From positions 2,508-66,507 of the forward strand of contig CAYLYM010000005.1 in the NCBI GenBank assembly GCA_964387645.1: DNA of 64,000 bases, written 5' to 3'. Below, piece by piece: positions 48,774 to 59,572 of this stretch. The DNA is from an uncultured Calditrichaceae bacterium (lineage in GTDB: Bacteria; Calditrichota; Calditrichia; RBG-13-44-9). Under the pieces are notes generated by a model. That model searched no databases. It was not told the DNA's origin and saw nothing but the letters and a program-made list of their open reading frames with translations. A program made the position numbers and the translations under genes. Within the stretch, counting starts at the first letter, position 1; the number at the start of each line of letters is the position of its first letter.

Positions 48774-50183
48774 TTAGACTTGAAGTGTGTATTTTTGCCC
48801 GTATTTAACTATAGTGGTATTGTAATTTTTTTCCTCCAATAATTTTTTAAGGTGAGCCTGGGCATCGGGTTCACCGTGAACCAAAAATATATGTTTGAGT
48901 CGTTTGTAATCTAATTGGGAAATATAGTCAAGAATTTCCTGATAATCGGCATGGGCACTGAAAGCGTTCAATGTCACAACTTCGGCTTTTAATTTATATC
49001 GCTCGCCTAAGATTTTTACTTCGGAGTGTTCTTCTTTGATTCTTCTTCCCAGAGTATGTTTGGCCATGAAACCAACGATCAAGATGGTATTCCTGGGATT
49101 TTCAATATTATGCGCTAAGTGGTGCAAGATGCGACCAGCCTCACACATTCCCGATGAAGAGATAATGATCGCAGGTTCTTTCAATTCATTTAACTGTTTG
49201 CTCTCTTCCAGGCTGGTAATATAATGAAGTTCATTAAATCCGAAGGGATTTTTGTGATGTTGTAGAAAAGCCTCCCGGGTTTCCTGGTCATAACATTCTT
49301 GATGTACTCTAAAAATTGATGTAGCATTTACTGCCATGGGACTGTCTACATAAACGGGCATTCTGGGAATCCGATTCTGATCATTTAATAGATGTAGGAA
49401 AAAGACCAATTCTTGTGTTCGTTCCACCGCGAAGGCAGGAATGATGATTTTCCCGCCGCGTTCGACGGTCCTGTTGACCACCTGTGCTAATTTGTCCACG
49501 GCTGAGTCTATTGGATCGTGCAAACGGTGTCCGTATGTGCTTTCCATGATCAAATAATCAACTGGAGGAATGATTTCCGGATCACGCAAAATAGGCAGGT
49601 TTTTACGGCCTAAATCTCCACTAAACGCTACCCGCATTTCCTGACCATTGCGGTGAATTTCCAGTACGGTTATAGCGGATCCCAAAATATGACCAGCATC
49701 ATAAAAAGTGGCTTTAATTCCATCGGCTACATAAAATTGTCGATGGTAAGAAACGGTGATAAAATAATCTAATACATCAACCACGTCTGACTCAGTGTAT
49801 AAAGGACTTTTGTCAAATACTTCTCCTTTCCGAGTAGCCTTTTTTCGTAAAAATTCAATATCCCTGGCTTGAATATGGGCTGAATCCATCATGATAAGAC
49901 TGGCCAGATCTCGGGAGGCAGGGGTTGAATAAATACTTCCGTTAAAGTTTTTTTGAGGCAATATAGGCAACAGTCCGCAATGATCAAAATGAGCATGGGT
50001 GAGAATGGTTGATGTAATTTTTTGGGCATCAAAGGGCCAGTTCCGATTTTTTTCTTCAGCCTCAGCTCGGCGTCCTTGAAAAGCGCCACAATCAACCATG
50101 ATTTGTTGATCAGCTACTTGTAGAAAATGTTTGGATCCGGTAACTTCTTCCGCACCACCAAAAGAAAATAATTCTACTTGCAT
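48774..50183 (-). CDS. MBL-fold/beta-CASP RNA-metabolising hydrolase
   Basis: HAHFDHCGLLP (HxHxDH); beta-CASP-like C-terminal half; 469 aa. Confidence 0.65.
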   Translation of the reverse strand: MQVELFSFGGAEEVTGSKHFLQVADQQIMVDCGAFQGRRAEAEEKNRNWPFDAQKITSTILTHAHFDHCGLLPILPQKNFNGSIYSTPASRDLASLIMMDSAHIQARDIEFLRKKATRKGEVFDKSPLYTESDVVDVLDYFITVSYHRQFYVADGIKATFYDAGHILGSAITVLEIHRNGQEMRVAFSGDLGRKNLPILRDPEIIPPVDYLIMESTYGHRLHDPIDSAVDKLAQVVNRTVERGGKIIIPAFAVERTQELVFFLHLLNDQNRIPRMPVYVDSPMAVNATSIFRVHQECYDQETREAFLQHHKNPFGFNELHYITSLEESKQLNELKEPAIIISSSGMCEAGRILHHLAHNIENPRNTILIVGFMAKHTLGRRIKEEHSEVKILGERYKLKAEVVTLNAFSAHADYQEILDYISQLDYKRLKHIFLVHGEPDAQAHLKKLLEEKNYNTTIVKYGQKYTLQV

Positions 50184-50611
50184 GGTCTTTACCTCTATTA
50201 AAATCGGTTATGTATTTATATTATTTGAAGAATATAGGATTAATTGTAGCAAATGAAAATGAGTTTTTATTTCTACTTGTAGGGAAAATTTAATTATCAT
50301 CATTATAAATGATCAAAAAGTAGAGCGGGTGAGCAAAGATTTCCTAAACATGAAATTCACATCATCTAATTTTACCAATAAACAGAATAGGAAAATATGA
50401 AACAGAAACAGGAATACTTCAGATTCTTTCTGTGGAATATGTTCGAAGGATAGAATTGAGATGTTACGAAAATATAATCATGTGTTTAAATTTTAACGGA
50501 AAATCTTAATATTTAGAAGGTTATGAGGATTTTTTCTTTAAATAGTTTTTAATCGATTGAGGAGTATGAGTCTTTCTTTGATTTAGAACAAACTCACTTC
50601 AGTATCTTTAC

Positions 50612-51610
50612 TCAGGAGTTGAGATTTAAAATCTCCTTTAGTCGATGCTCACGATGATTCAAAGTAAAATTATTCAATATCCTTTCTCTGGCTTTTTTTC
50701 TTATCGAAGGATCTAACTTGAATGCTTTTTTGATAGCTTCAGCCGCTTCGTTAATTCCCCTTTCGGTAACAATTCCAGTCTGACCTACTATCTCTGGAAG
50801 TGCGCCTGTCTTAAAAACCACAGGGATGCATTCACAAAGCATTGCTTCTACCAGCGCCATACCAAAAGATTCAATCATGGAAAATTGACAATAAATTTTT
50901 GCTCGCTGATAATGATGAATTAATTCATCATATTTTACCCAACCTCGGATTTCAAGATTCTGGGGTATTTCACCTAAATATTTTTTTGCTTCTACACCAA
51001 CACCGATAATTAAAAACCGAAACTCGGGTAATCTTTTGGCTACTTCACAGAATATATCGATTCCTTTTAATTTAATTCTCTGAAAAGAATTACCTGCTCC
51101 TACAGTTATTATTAAATTATCTTTAGGAGCAATTTGATGTGGAAATAGGTCGGTGTTTACACCATTAAAAACCACCTCAATACGAGAATTTGGTATAAGA
51201 TGAGAAGCAGTTCGCCTGATATATTCTGACACGGCTAAATTAACTTTCGCATTTTTGATGGTGAATAATGCACAAAACTTTCGTATGGGATTTTTTAAAG
51301 AGCCATAACCAATTTCTGGTATGTGTACGACGTCGTATCCACCCAAAACCACAAAAAACTCTTTTTTAAAGATTTTTGAAAAAAAAGCAGGAAGTAAGGA
51401 GTGATAATCAGCAAACCAACAAAATATCTTATCAGAACTCCAGATATTAAAAATAAGCCAATAACAAAGTTGTATTTGGCTCCAAAGGTGCCTGGAGAAA
51501 GATTTTCCCTGTCTATATCGAAATTTCTTTATTTTGCCATATTTTTTAAGTATAAAATAGTCATTTCTAACGAATGAACTGAAATCAGGATATATTAAAA
51601 GAATTTTCAT
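50612..51610 (-). CDS. GT4/GT1-family glycosyltransferase
   Basis: C-terminal …GMALVEAM…PVVFKTGALPEIV… (EX7E-like retaining GT motif). Confidence 0.55.
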   Translation of the reverse strand: MKILLIYPDFSSFVRNDYFILKKYGKIKKFRYRQGKSFSRHLWSQIQLCYWLIFNIWSSDKIFCWFADYHSLLPAFFSKIFKKEFFVVLGGYDVVHIPEIGYGSLKNPIRKFCALFTIKNAKVNLAVSEYIRRTASHLIPNSRIEVVFNGVNTDLFPHQIAPKDNLIITVGAGNSFQRIKLKGIDIFCEVAKRLPEFRFLIIGVGVEAKKYLGEIPQNLEIRGWVKYDELIHHYQRAKIYCQFSMIESFGMALVEAMLCECIPVVFKTGALPEIVGQTGIVTERGINEAAEAIKKAFKLDPSIRKKARERILNNFTLNHREHRLKEILNLNS

Positions 51611-51662
51611 AATTATTTTGTTTCTCTATCGGCGTATCGTCGCTTAACCTGGGTTAGTTCCT

Positions 51663-52457
51663 TTAATCAGCAATCTTTTTTGCAAAAATTTCCTGCGTAG
51701 CCTTATTCATCTTAGGGATTTCTCTGTATGGGGGTTCCAATTCGTGGATAGTAAAGTTATACGCTTTGAGAATTTTTTCGACTTCCTCTGGCGATACCCC
51801 CAGGGTTGTATGTACATCGATCAATAGAAAGATATTTTTATTTGATTCCAATATTTTCTGTGCACCTTTAAGAACTTCCAATTCTGATCCTTCGACATCG
51901 ATTTTTATCATGTCAACTCTTTCATGCTTCATTTCTTTCAGGACTGAATCAAGGGTTTTTTGCTCAATCTCAATGGATTCCCCAGTTCCAGTGTCGAGAT
52001 CGGGTAATAAACTATGCCAGCCGCTTTTCTTGCCAATAAAAAGTCTGGTCTTCCCATTTTTAGCGCCAAGAGCATAAGGAAATAAAGTGATGTTTTTATA
52101 ATTATTTAGCTCGATGTTTTTTTGAATCCACTCACAATTTTGAGGTTCGGGCTCGAAAGTAAAAACCAGCCCTTGCTCACCAACAATTTTTGCAGCAATG
52201 AGGGAAAAATAACCTTTATTAGCGCCAATATCTACAAATGTCATTCCTGGTTTGAGAAAGGAACAAAGCGTTTCAGTTTTTCTTGTTTCAAAAACTCCCA
52301 GGGCCCTCTTGAACATCATCGGTGATTCTTTAATATTGAGATATATTTTTCCTCCCAGGTAGTTATATACACGATATTGATCCGAAAGAAAAGGTCGAAT
52401 AATATTATAATTTTTCGCGATCAATTTCTTAAGAATATGAAGAGGGTTTTTTCTCAT
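51663..52457 (-). CDS. FkbM-family methyltransferase
   Basis: FVDIGANKGYFSL…FTFEPEPQN motif block. Confidence 0.6.
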   Translation of the reverse strand: MRKNPLHILKKLIAKNYNIIRPFLSDQYRVYNYLGGKIYLNIKESPMMFKRALGVFETRKTETLCSFLKPGMTFVDIGANKGYFSLIAAKIVGEQGLVFTFEPEPQNCEWIQKNIELNNYKNITLFPYALGAKNGKTRLFIGKKSGWHSLLPDLDTGTGESIEIEQKTLDSVLKEMKHERVDMIKIDVEGSELEVLKGAQKILESNKNIFLLIDVHTTLGVSPEEVEKILKAYNFTIHELEPPYREIPKMNKATQEIFAKKIAD

Positions 52458-53910
52458 TTTCCTTGCCCCGTAATTTTATTCCTATTTGCTCAAGTTCTGT
52501 CTGGTGAAAAAAACCAAAATAATACAATAACACAGGATATACCACGAGTAATACAAATTTCAATGCCATTGAAATGAAAATATTGTCAATTTTAATCAGA
52601 AAAGATAATCCATACAGAAAAAATCCAATCGTAATTATTTTTAGAGCTCTTGGCCAGTCCCAGGGTATGGGGTAAATCTTTTGCAATGGAAAGTAATTGA
52701 ATATAGTGATCACAAAATAAGATACGACTGTGGCTATGGCGGCCCCCAGAATACCCATCTGAGGAATTAAAATCATGTTCAAAATAATATTTAAAAGCGC
52801 ACCAAGAATTGTGGTTGAGGCTATTATTTTTGTTTTTTTCATAGTAGCCAGGGCATTAGTAAAGATGGAACGCAAGCCAAACAACAGGTAAGCAAACGTA
52901 ATCAGTGGAATGATAATCGCTCCCTGTGCGTATTCAGGTGTAGTCACGATGAGTAAAATTTCCCGAGCAAACATGGAGAGGAATAAGAAGAAAATGAAAC
53001 CGGCTAATAAGAAATAAGTAAAGTATTTTCTATATAATTTCTTAATATCCATTTCATCAGCCAATCGAAACATCATTGGAGAAAAAGCCTGGCGAAATGG
53101 CGTTATAAGAACCATGTTCATAATCATGCCAAATCTATACGACATAGAATAAATGCCCACTTCGGTCATGTTCCGGAAGATTTTCAGGAAATAACGGTCA
53201 GCCAGAGTTAAAAGTGTTAAAGACACGCCGACGAAAATTAAAGGCAATCCATATTGGAGGGATTCTGAAAGTACTCCCCGTGAAAATTTGAGTCTAAATC
53301 GTTTGATGAAATAAATCATGATATAAGAGAAGCTTAAAATGCCGACGTACAATTTGGATTCTACAATACCTAATACACCTTGATTCAGGATGCCTACTTT
53401 ATAAATGTTTAATCCCAATAAAAGTAGAAAATGAATCAACGTGAAAACCACGAAGGAAAACGCTTTTTCTTCTGCCTGGAGGAGAACAACAAAAATGCCC
53501 TGGAACATACCGAAGAAAATAATTAATAATATATAACGGAAAAAAACAATATTTTCGGGTGTCAAAGAAAGGAATTGTCTCACCCAAAAATCAGGATAGA
53601 TGTATAAAGATCCCAGGAAGATTAAATTGAAAACGAAGAGAAAAATCAGATTGGTAAAGACCAGTTCATCGGCTTTATTTTTGCTTTTATACTGATTCAG
53701 GAAACGAAGAATAGACTGGGACAAGCCAAGGCCGAGCAGTGGTTTTCCCAACAGTTCAAGCAATTCCAGAATAGCTACCACGCCATATTCGTCTGGTGCC
53801 AATTTTCTGGCATACAGCGGGATCAGCAAAAACGCCACTAATTTGATAAGTATGTTCCCAATGCTATAGATAGAGGATTTCGTAAGTAATTGACGGGTTT
53901 CTTTTAGCAT
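52429..53910 (-). CDS. polysaccharide flippase (Wzx-like, MOP superfamily)
   Basis: 12-14 TM helices; N-terminal …IGNILIKLVAFLLIPLYARKL… typical of Wzx. Confidence 0.65.
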   Translation of the reverse strand: MLKETRQLLTKSSIYSIGNILIKLVAFLLIPLYARKLAPDEYGVVAILELLELLGKPLLGLGLSQSILRFLNQYKSKNKADELVFTNLIFLFVFNLIFLGSLYIYPDFWVRQFLSLTPENIVFFRYILLIIFFGMFQGIFVVLLQAEEKAFSFVVFTLIHFLLLLGLNIYKVGILNQGVLGIVESKLYVGILSFSYIMIYFIKRFRLKFSRGVLSESLQYGLPLIFVGVSLTLLTLADRYFLKIFRNMTEVGIYSMSYRFGMIMNMVLITPFRQAFSPMMFRLADEMDIKKLYRKYFTYFLLAGFIFFLFLSMFAREILLIVTTPEYAQGAIIIPLITFAYLLFGLRSIFTNALATMKKTKIIASTTILGALLNIILNMILIPQMGILGAAIATVVSYFVITIFNYFPLQKIYPIPWDWPRALKIITIGFFLYGLSFLIKIDNIFISMALKFVLLVVYPVLLYYFGFFHQTELEQIGIKLRGKENEKKPSSYS

Positions 53911-54014
53911 ATTTTTATCACATGAATGATTAGAAATTTACTGTAAATAGAAAGAACGTTTTAATCTTTGAACTGTTCTTAAATCCCAATCTATCTTCTT
54001 ATAGAAAAATCTTT

Positions 54015-55001
54015 TCAACTGTGATAAAAACGGTAGATACGATTATAAAGATATCGTTTTAAATTTTCGCCACGAGCTTTTTTCCAGAATGATCCGCTTT
54101 GCGAAATAATTTCATATCCATAATCTCGCAGTACAAACGGAAAAATTTTGTTAACATAATAAATTTCCATGGGATGGATTTCTTTTTTCCATTTATTCAG
54201 ACGAGATGATTCAATTCCACGAAAGGGCTCTCCGGAAGTACTGTTTCCCACCCATGGTTTACCCTGGTATGTGGGAATTAGCAAAATATCTTCAAAAGGT
54301 AAATTTAAAAATTGACAAATTTTTTTGATCTGTAATTCTGGTTCTGTGACCAGATCTTCATATTTCAGGATGTAATAGTTTTGAATAATCTTTGAGTTTT
54401 TATAAAGATAGTAATAACTGTTATAAAGGGATTTTATTACCCGGGGTATGAGTGCGAAATCATGGTATATGCTTTTAAACTTTCTCAATGATACAATGTT
54501 GGCGTAGGGATTCCGCACAATATGGATGAACTTTGCCCTTGGGAAGAAGGTGGACAGTTCAACGGCAAATTCGGCGTTTTCTATGGATTTTTCAACAATT
54601 CTGATTTCCTCAGGGAGAAATTTCCCGGAGACAGAATAATAAATTGCTCTGAAATAGATTTCAATCCTTTCTTTCTCGGACTGGGTATATTTAATTTCAG
54701 AGAAGACCTCCTTAAATTTATCTTCATTAAATAGGCCTTTTGCTATTGAATCGCTATAGGGATCTTCAGAGCTATTACAAGTATGAATCCAGTTACAGAA
54801 ACTTTCGATTATTTCATCATTTGTGAGATTTTGAGGTCTTTGAGCACGGTACTCGTAATCCACCCAGTATTTCATATTTTGAAAATAATGTGCTTCTATT
54901 GGGATTGTGTAAATCTGTGAATGGCCATTAAAGATGCTTCTTAAAAGGCTGGTACCTGATTTATGTGCCCCTAATAAGAAAATAGGTTCTTGATTCATCA
55001 T
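54015..55001 (-). CDS. PAPS-dependent sulfotransferase
   Basis: 5'-PSB motif GAHKSGTSLL and 3'-PB motif IVRNPYANIVSL. Confidence 0.7.
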   Translation of the reverse strand: MMNQEPIFLLGAHKSGTSLLRSIFNGHSQIYTIPIEAHYFQNMKYWVDYEYRAQRPQNLTNDEIIESFCNWIHTCNSSEDPYSDSIAKGLFNEDKFKEVFSEIKYTQSEKERIEIYFRAIYYSVSGKFLPEEIRIVEKSIENAEFAVELSTFFPRAKFIHIVRNPYANIVSLRKFKSIYHDFALIPRVIKSLYNSYYYLYKNSKIIQNYYILKYEDLVTEPELQIKKICQFLNLPFEDILLIPTYQGKPWVGNSTSGEPFRGIESSRLNKWKKEIHPMEIYYVNKIFPFVLRDYGYEIISQSGSFWKKARGENLKRYLYNRIYRFYHS

Positions 55002-55269
55002 TTTAGCTAACTTATCTATATTAAATCATTTTAATAAAACAATTTACAGGATATTCCTTTCGAACAAAATAATTTTTTATTAAGATGAGCAAACCGTTTT
55101 CGGTTTCTTTGTAAAAAAGAAATTCGGAATACAAATTTATATCTGCGAATATGATAAGTTCTATCTAACAAATTCTCAGGGTCAAATTTTTACCTGGCTT
55201 TAGAAATGTCCCAATTGTGCAATTTGTAGAGTCATCGATAATGAATAAAAGAGAAATCACTTCCATTGA

Positions 55270-55803
55270 TTGTTTTATAGAATTCTTCCTTTTAAATTAA
55301 ATCCTTTCACTAATGATTGTTTAAAAAAAATGAAAATGAAATTCTCTGAAGACTTGCCGGATGTTATTGACCAGGAAATCGATTTTATCGGACAATTATT
55401 TCTTGAATATGAACAGTTCACAACAAATCCAGATGTGCTTAATCGACAGGATGGAATAAGGAGTTTAGAAGGCATTTTTTACGATTTTGTTGACCATGTT
55501 GTTCACATTATTAGATTCGGATTTGATCTTGTGAACTATCAAGAAGAATCCGATGAATCACCTTTCATATCTGCTGAAGATGACCGTATAAAATTTTTTT
55601 TAGGATTAATATTATCGGATAAAACATTGAATCAATTTGATCCGTTTTTAAAGTTTTATTCAGGTTTTTCCTATTTATATCCATCGAAAATCGATCTGAA
55701 TATTTTAACTAATTTAATTTCAGATTTTCCACATACTGTAGAATCAGTCTCTGCGGATTTAAGAATTTTTGCTCAAAAATTGCGAGGAGGCGATGCCTGG
55801 TAA
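55270..55803 (+). CDS. hypothetical protein (177 aa)
   Basis: Intact ORF preceding the epimerase gene; no recognisable motif. Confidence 0.35.
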   Translation: MFYRILPFKLNPFTNDCLKKMKMKFSEDLPDVIDQEIDFIGQLFLEYEQFTTNPDVLNRQDGIRSLEGIFYDFVDHVVHIIRFGFDLVNYQEESDESPFISAEDDRIKFFLGLILSDKTLNQFDPFLKFYSGFSYLYPSKIDLNILTNLISDFPHTVESVSADLRIFAQKLRGGDAW

Positions 55804-56788
55804 AATCCAGAAAATTGTTTTTATGTTACGTAAATTCATCAAAGATATTAGTCGAGACCGCCAGATATATGAAATTTCCAAAGATTTACATTCCCAGCAA
55901 CTAAAAGAATATTATTTCATTATGACCGAAGAACAGATGCTCTCTGGCCATAGCCAGCAATTTCATTTCGATGAAGAAGGTATTCCGATTATTCCCACCT
56001 ACATTGATGTAGAAGAACAAAAAATGATCTATTATCCGATTTCTATTGGCCAATATGGTCTGGCGATATGGCATACATATTTGAAAACAAAGTCTGAAAA
56101 AGACTTAAACCGGTTCTTGAAAATCGCCGAATGGTTTTATCAAAATGGAATACAAGATGAAAAATTAGGCGTTTACTGGTTGACGGATGTGGATAAGCCA
56201 GCATACCGGATCTCAAAGCCCTGGAAGTCGGCCTTTTCGCAAGCTCGTGGAATAAACATTTTGATGCGGGCGTACCAGGTAACGGGAAAGAAAGAATATG
56301 AGGAGGTATCCCAACAAGCATTACTTCCATTTTTATATTCTGTAAAAGAGGGCGGGGTAAGTTGTTCAACGAAATATGGCCCGTTTTATGAAGAGTATCC
56401 GGCTGATGTTCCTGTTCTGGTATTAAATGGGCATATCTTTGCTCTGTGCGGGGTGTACGACTTTATTCGCACCCATCCTGAAGATCAACAGGCGCGAGAG
56501 ATATTCGATCGTGGCGTTAGCAGTTTGGAATCACTTCTGCCCCAATACGACCTGGGTTTCTGGAGCAAGTATTCGTTGTGTGAAGCAGACTTTCATCCAG
56601 AGGTCGATCCAGCAACCATCGGTTATCATCATTTGCATATTATTCAGCTTGAATTAATGTACCAACTGACTGGAAAGGAGATGTTTAAGGAATATGCTGA
56701 AAGATGGAAGAACTATGTAAATCTTAAAAATATTCTGAAAATGTATCGAATTAAATATAGAGCTTTGAGGAAAATGAACAGGTTGTAA
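55793..56788 (+). CDS. D-glucuronyl C5-epimerase-like protein (C5-epim_C domain)
   Basis: KPWKSAFSQARGINILMRAYQVTGKKEYEEVSQQALLPF…EGGV aligns with Glce GWHSAMAQGQAISTLVRAY…. Start chosen at ATG 55793 after GAGGAGG (the listed ORF starts at 55769). 11-nt overlap with the upstream ORF. Confidence 0.5.
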   Translation: MPGKIQKIVFMLRKFIKDISRDRQIYEISKDLHSQQLKEYYFIMTEEQMLSGHSQQFHFDEEGIPIIPTYIDVEEQKMIYYPISIGQYGLAIWHTYLKTKSEKDLNRFLKIAEWFYQNGIQDEKLGVYWLTDVDKPAYRISKPWKSAFSQARGINILMRAYQVTGKKEYEEVSQQALLPFLYSVKEGGVSCSTKYGPFYEEYPADVPVLVLNGHIFALCGVYDFIRTHPEDQQAREIFDRGVSSLESLLPQYDLGFWSKYSLCEADFHPEVDPATIGYHHLHIIQLELMYQLTGKEMFKEYAERWKNYVNLKNILKMYRIKYRALRKMNRL

Positions 56789-56803
56789 TTTTTCCTTACT
56801 CTC

Positions 56804-59572
56804 TTAATCTCTCATTTTTGCAAAATATTCCTTTAGGAATTGACCAGTATATGAATGGGGATTCGCTGCAATTTCTCTGGGATTCCCCTGAGCCACTATC
56901 CGCCCACCTCTGTCTCCACCCTCCGGTCCTAAATCAATAATCCAGTCGGCATATTGGATCATATCCAGATTATGTTCGATGAGCAGGATGGAAGCGCCAC
57001 CTTTGATGAGTTCATCAAAAGCATTCAGAAGTTTGGAAATATCATGGAAATGAAGCCCAGTGGTGGGTTCATCAAAAATGAAAAGAACGTTTCGGTGTGA
57101 TTTACGGCTCAGATGAGCAGCCAGTTTGATTCGCTGTGCTTCACCGCCTGAAAGGGTAGTAGCGGGCTGACCTAATTTTAAGTATCCCAATCCTACTTTC
57201 TGAAGCATCTTCAGTTTGTTCGCCAGAGATGGATATTTATGGAAAAAATCGATTGCCTGATCAACTGTCATTTCAAGAATATCGTGAATATTTTTTCCAT
57301 GATAGTGAACATTCAATATTTCAGGTTTATAACGTTTGGCCTGGCAGGCTTCGCAGGGCAGGTACACATCGGCCAGGAATTGCATTTCAATCTTGATTTG
57401 TCCGTCTCCCTGGCAGACCTCACATCGACCACCCGGAACGTTAAAGGAGAAATGTCCAGGCGAATAGCCATGAGCTCTTGCTGCTGGAGTCGATGCAAAG
57501 ATCTTTCGAATATCATCAAAAGCTTTTATGTAAGTTACAGGGTTACTTCGCGGCGTTCTCCCAATCGGGGATTGATCCACCATCTCCATGCGGTCAATCT
57601 GGTGTAAACCACGGATGGCATCATGATCGCCGATTTTTGTCACAGTTTGTCCTGAATAAGCTAAATAACCCCGATATAGAATCTCCTCTACCAGGGTACT
57701 TTTTCCTGAACCTGAAACCCCGGTGATGCATACAATAATTCCCAACGGTATTTCCACCGTTATGTTTTTGAGATTATGCTCGCGGGCACCAATAATGGTA
57801 ATTGATTTTCCAGAAGATTTACGATACTGGTTTCGAAGAGGAATGCGCTTTTCCTTCCTAAAGTATTGTGCGGTAAGACTATTTCCACTTTTAAGGAAAT
57901 TAGAAAAATTCCCCTGAAACATCACCTGACCACCATTTTCCCCGGCTGCCGGACCTAAATCTATCATGTATCCGGCATTTTCCACGACTCTTTTTTCATG
58001 CTCGACGACTACTACAGTGTTTCCTCTTCCCACTAACGATTTGAGTATATTCACCAATTTGTTCACATCTCGCGGGTGTAGGCCAATAGTCGGTTCGTCT
58101 AATATATAAAGAGTTTGGCTTAGAGCCGATCCCAGGGCGGTGGCTAAGTTGATCCTTTGAAATTCACCACCGCTTAAAGTGTTTGCCCGACGGTTTAAAT
58201 TTAGGTACTCCAGACCCACATCAATCAAATAACGTAAACGGTTTCTGGTTTCCTGGAGAAGTTGTCCGGCAATTTGCTGCTCATATTCGGAAATTTTTAA
58301 ATTTTCAAGAAACTGATACAGATCCGCCACGGTCATATTTACAAGTTCGGATATATTTCTATCTTGAATTTTGACTGCCAGTGCTTCCGGACGTAGTCTT
58401 TGCCCACCGCATTCAGTACAGGTGAAGTAACTCCGGTAACGGCTGATAAAAACGCGAACGTGGATCTTATATTTTTTACCTTCTAATTTTTTAAAAAAGC
58501 CACGTACACCGATAAAATTGTCCCCACCATTAATAATGTAATCCTTGTGTTCACGGGACAATTCCTGAAAGGGTACATCCATCGGAATGTTATGCCGAGC
58601 GGCCGCATAGAATAGTTGGGTCATAAAATGCCGGTAGGCTGGTGTTGTCCAGGGAGCAATGGCGCCCTGTCGAAGACTTTTGGTAGGATCAGGAACAATT
58701 TTATTGATATCCAGATCCATCATATCTCCAAATCCCTGACATCCAGGACATGCCCCAAAAGGATTGTTAAAAGAAAAAAGTCGAGGTTCAGGTTCAACCA
58801 TTTTTGTACCACAGTGTTTGCAAATAAGTTGTTGATTGAACTGCTTCATCTCGCCGTTGGACAGAATAAGATACATAAAACCTTCTCCCCCTTTGAAAGC
58901 TGTTTCAATGGATTCTTTTAATCGGAGTCTGTCCATGCTGGAGGTTTTTGTACCTCGGTCTACGACTACAATTACTTCGGTGAGTTCGGAGTTGAAAGAT
59001 TCATCTTTTCGCAGATCAATAATGCGACCCTGATGCCAGATACGCAAAAAGCCTTGTGAAATAAGCAAGTCTTTGATTCGGGAGATATTTGCATTGTTTG
59101 AAAGACGGATTGGAAACGCAATAAAGAAGGGGTTTTTTTCAGGCAACGATTCAATATATTGGATGACATCATCGGACTGTTCTTTTTTAACCCTGGCACC
59201 GCATTGATAGCAAAATATTTTTCCTATCCTGGCAAAAAGAAGTCTTAAATAATCATATATTTCTGTCACCGTACCAACGGTTGATCTTGGATTTCCTGAA
59301 GGCGTTTTCTGCTGAATAGCAATGGCTGGACAAATGCCGGTGATGGATTCAACTTCGGGTTTGGGCATTTTTTCAAGGAACTGTCTGGCATAAGTTGATA
59401 AAGATTCAACATATCGGCGCTGGCCTTCGGCAAATAATGTATCGAAAGCAAGGCTGGATTTTCCTGATCCGCTTGGACCGGTTATAACTACTAATTCACT
59501 ATGTGGAATTTTTACATTGATGTTTTTTAAGTTATGTAATCTGGCACCGCGTATTTCAATGTATTTTATCAT
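56804..59572 (-). CDS. uvrA: excinuclease ABC subunit A
   Basis: Two ABC ATPase modules (GPSGSGKSSL, GVSGSGKSTL), zinc-finger Cys clusters, 922 aa. Confidence 0.95.
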   Translation of the reverse strand: MIKYIEIRGARLHNLKNINVKIPHSELVVITGPSGSGKSSLAFDTLFAEGQRRYVESLSTYARQFLEKMPKPEVESITGICPAIAIQQKTPSGNPRSTVGTVTEIYDYLRLLFARIGKIFCYQCGARVKKEQSDDVIQYIESLPEKNPFFIAFPIRLSNNANISRIKDLLISQGFLRIWHQGRIIDLRKDESFNSELTEVIVVVDRGTKTSSMDRLRLKESIETAFKGGEGFMYLILSNGEMKQFNQQLICKHCGTKMVEPEPRLFSFNNPFGACPGCQGFGDMMDLDINKIVPDPTKSLRQGAIAPWTTPAYRHFMTQLFYAAARHNIPMDVPFQELSREHKDYIINGGDNFIGVRGFFKKLEGKKYKIHVRVFISRYRSYFTCTECGGQRLRPEALAVKIQDRNISELVNMTVADLYQFLENLKISEYEQQIAGQLLQETRNRLRYLIDVGLEYLNLNRRANTLSGGEFQRINLATALGSALSQTLYILDEPTIGLHPRDVNKLVNILKSLVGRGNTVVVVEHEKRVVENAGYMIDLGPAAGENGGQVMFQGNFSNFLKSGNSLTAQYFRKEKRIPLRNQYRKSSGKSITIIGAREHNLKNITVEIPLGIIVCITGVSGSGKSTLVEEILYRGYLAYSGQTVTKIGDHDAIRGLHQIDRMEMVDQSPIGRTPRSNPVTYIKAFDDIRKIFASTPAARAHGYSPGHFSFNVPGGRCEVCQGDGQIKIEMQFLADVYLPCEACQAKRYKPEILNVHYHGKNIHDILEMTVDQAIDFFHKYPSLANKLKMLQKVGLGYLKLGQPATTLSGGEAQRIKLAAHLSRKSHRNVLFIFDEPTTGLHFHDISKLLNAFDELIKGGASILLIEHNLDMIQYADWIIDLGPEGGDRGGRIVAQGNPREIAANPHSYTGQFLKEYFAKMRD

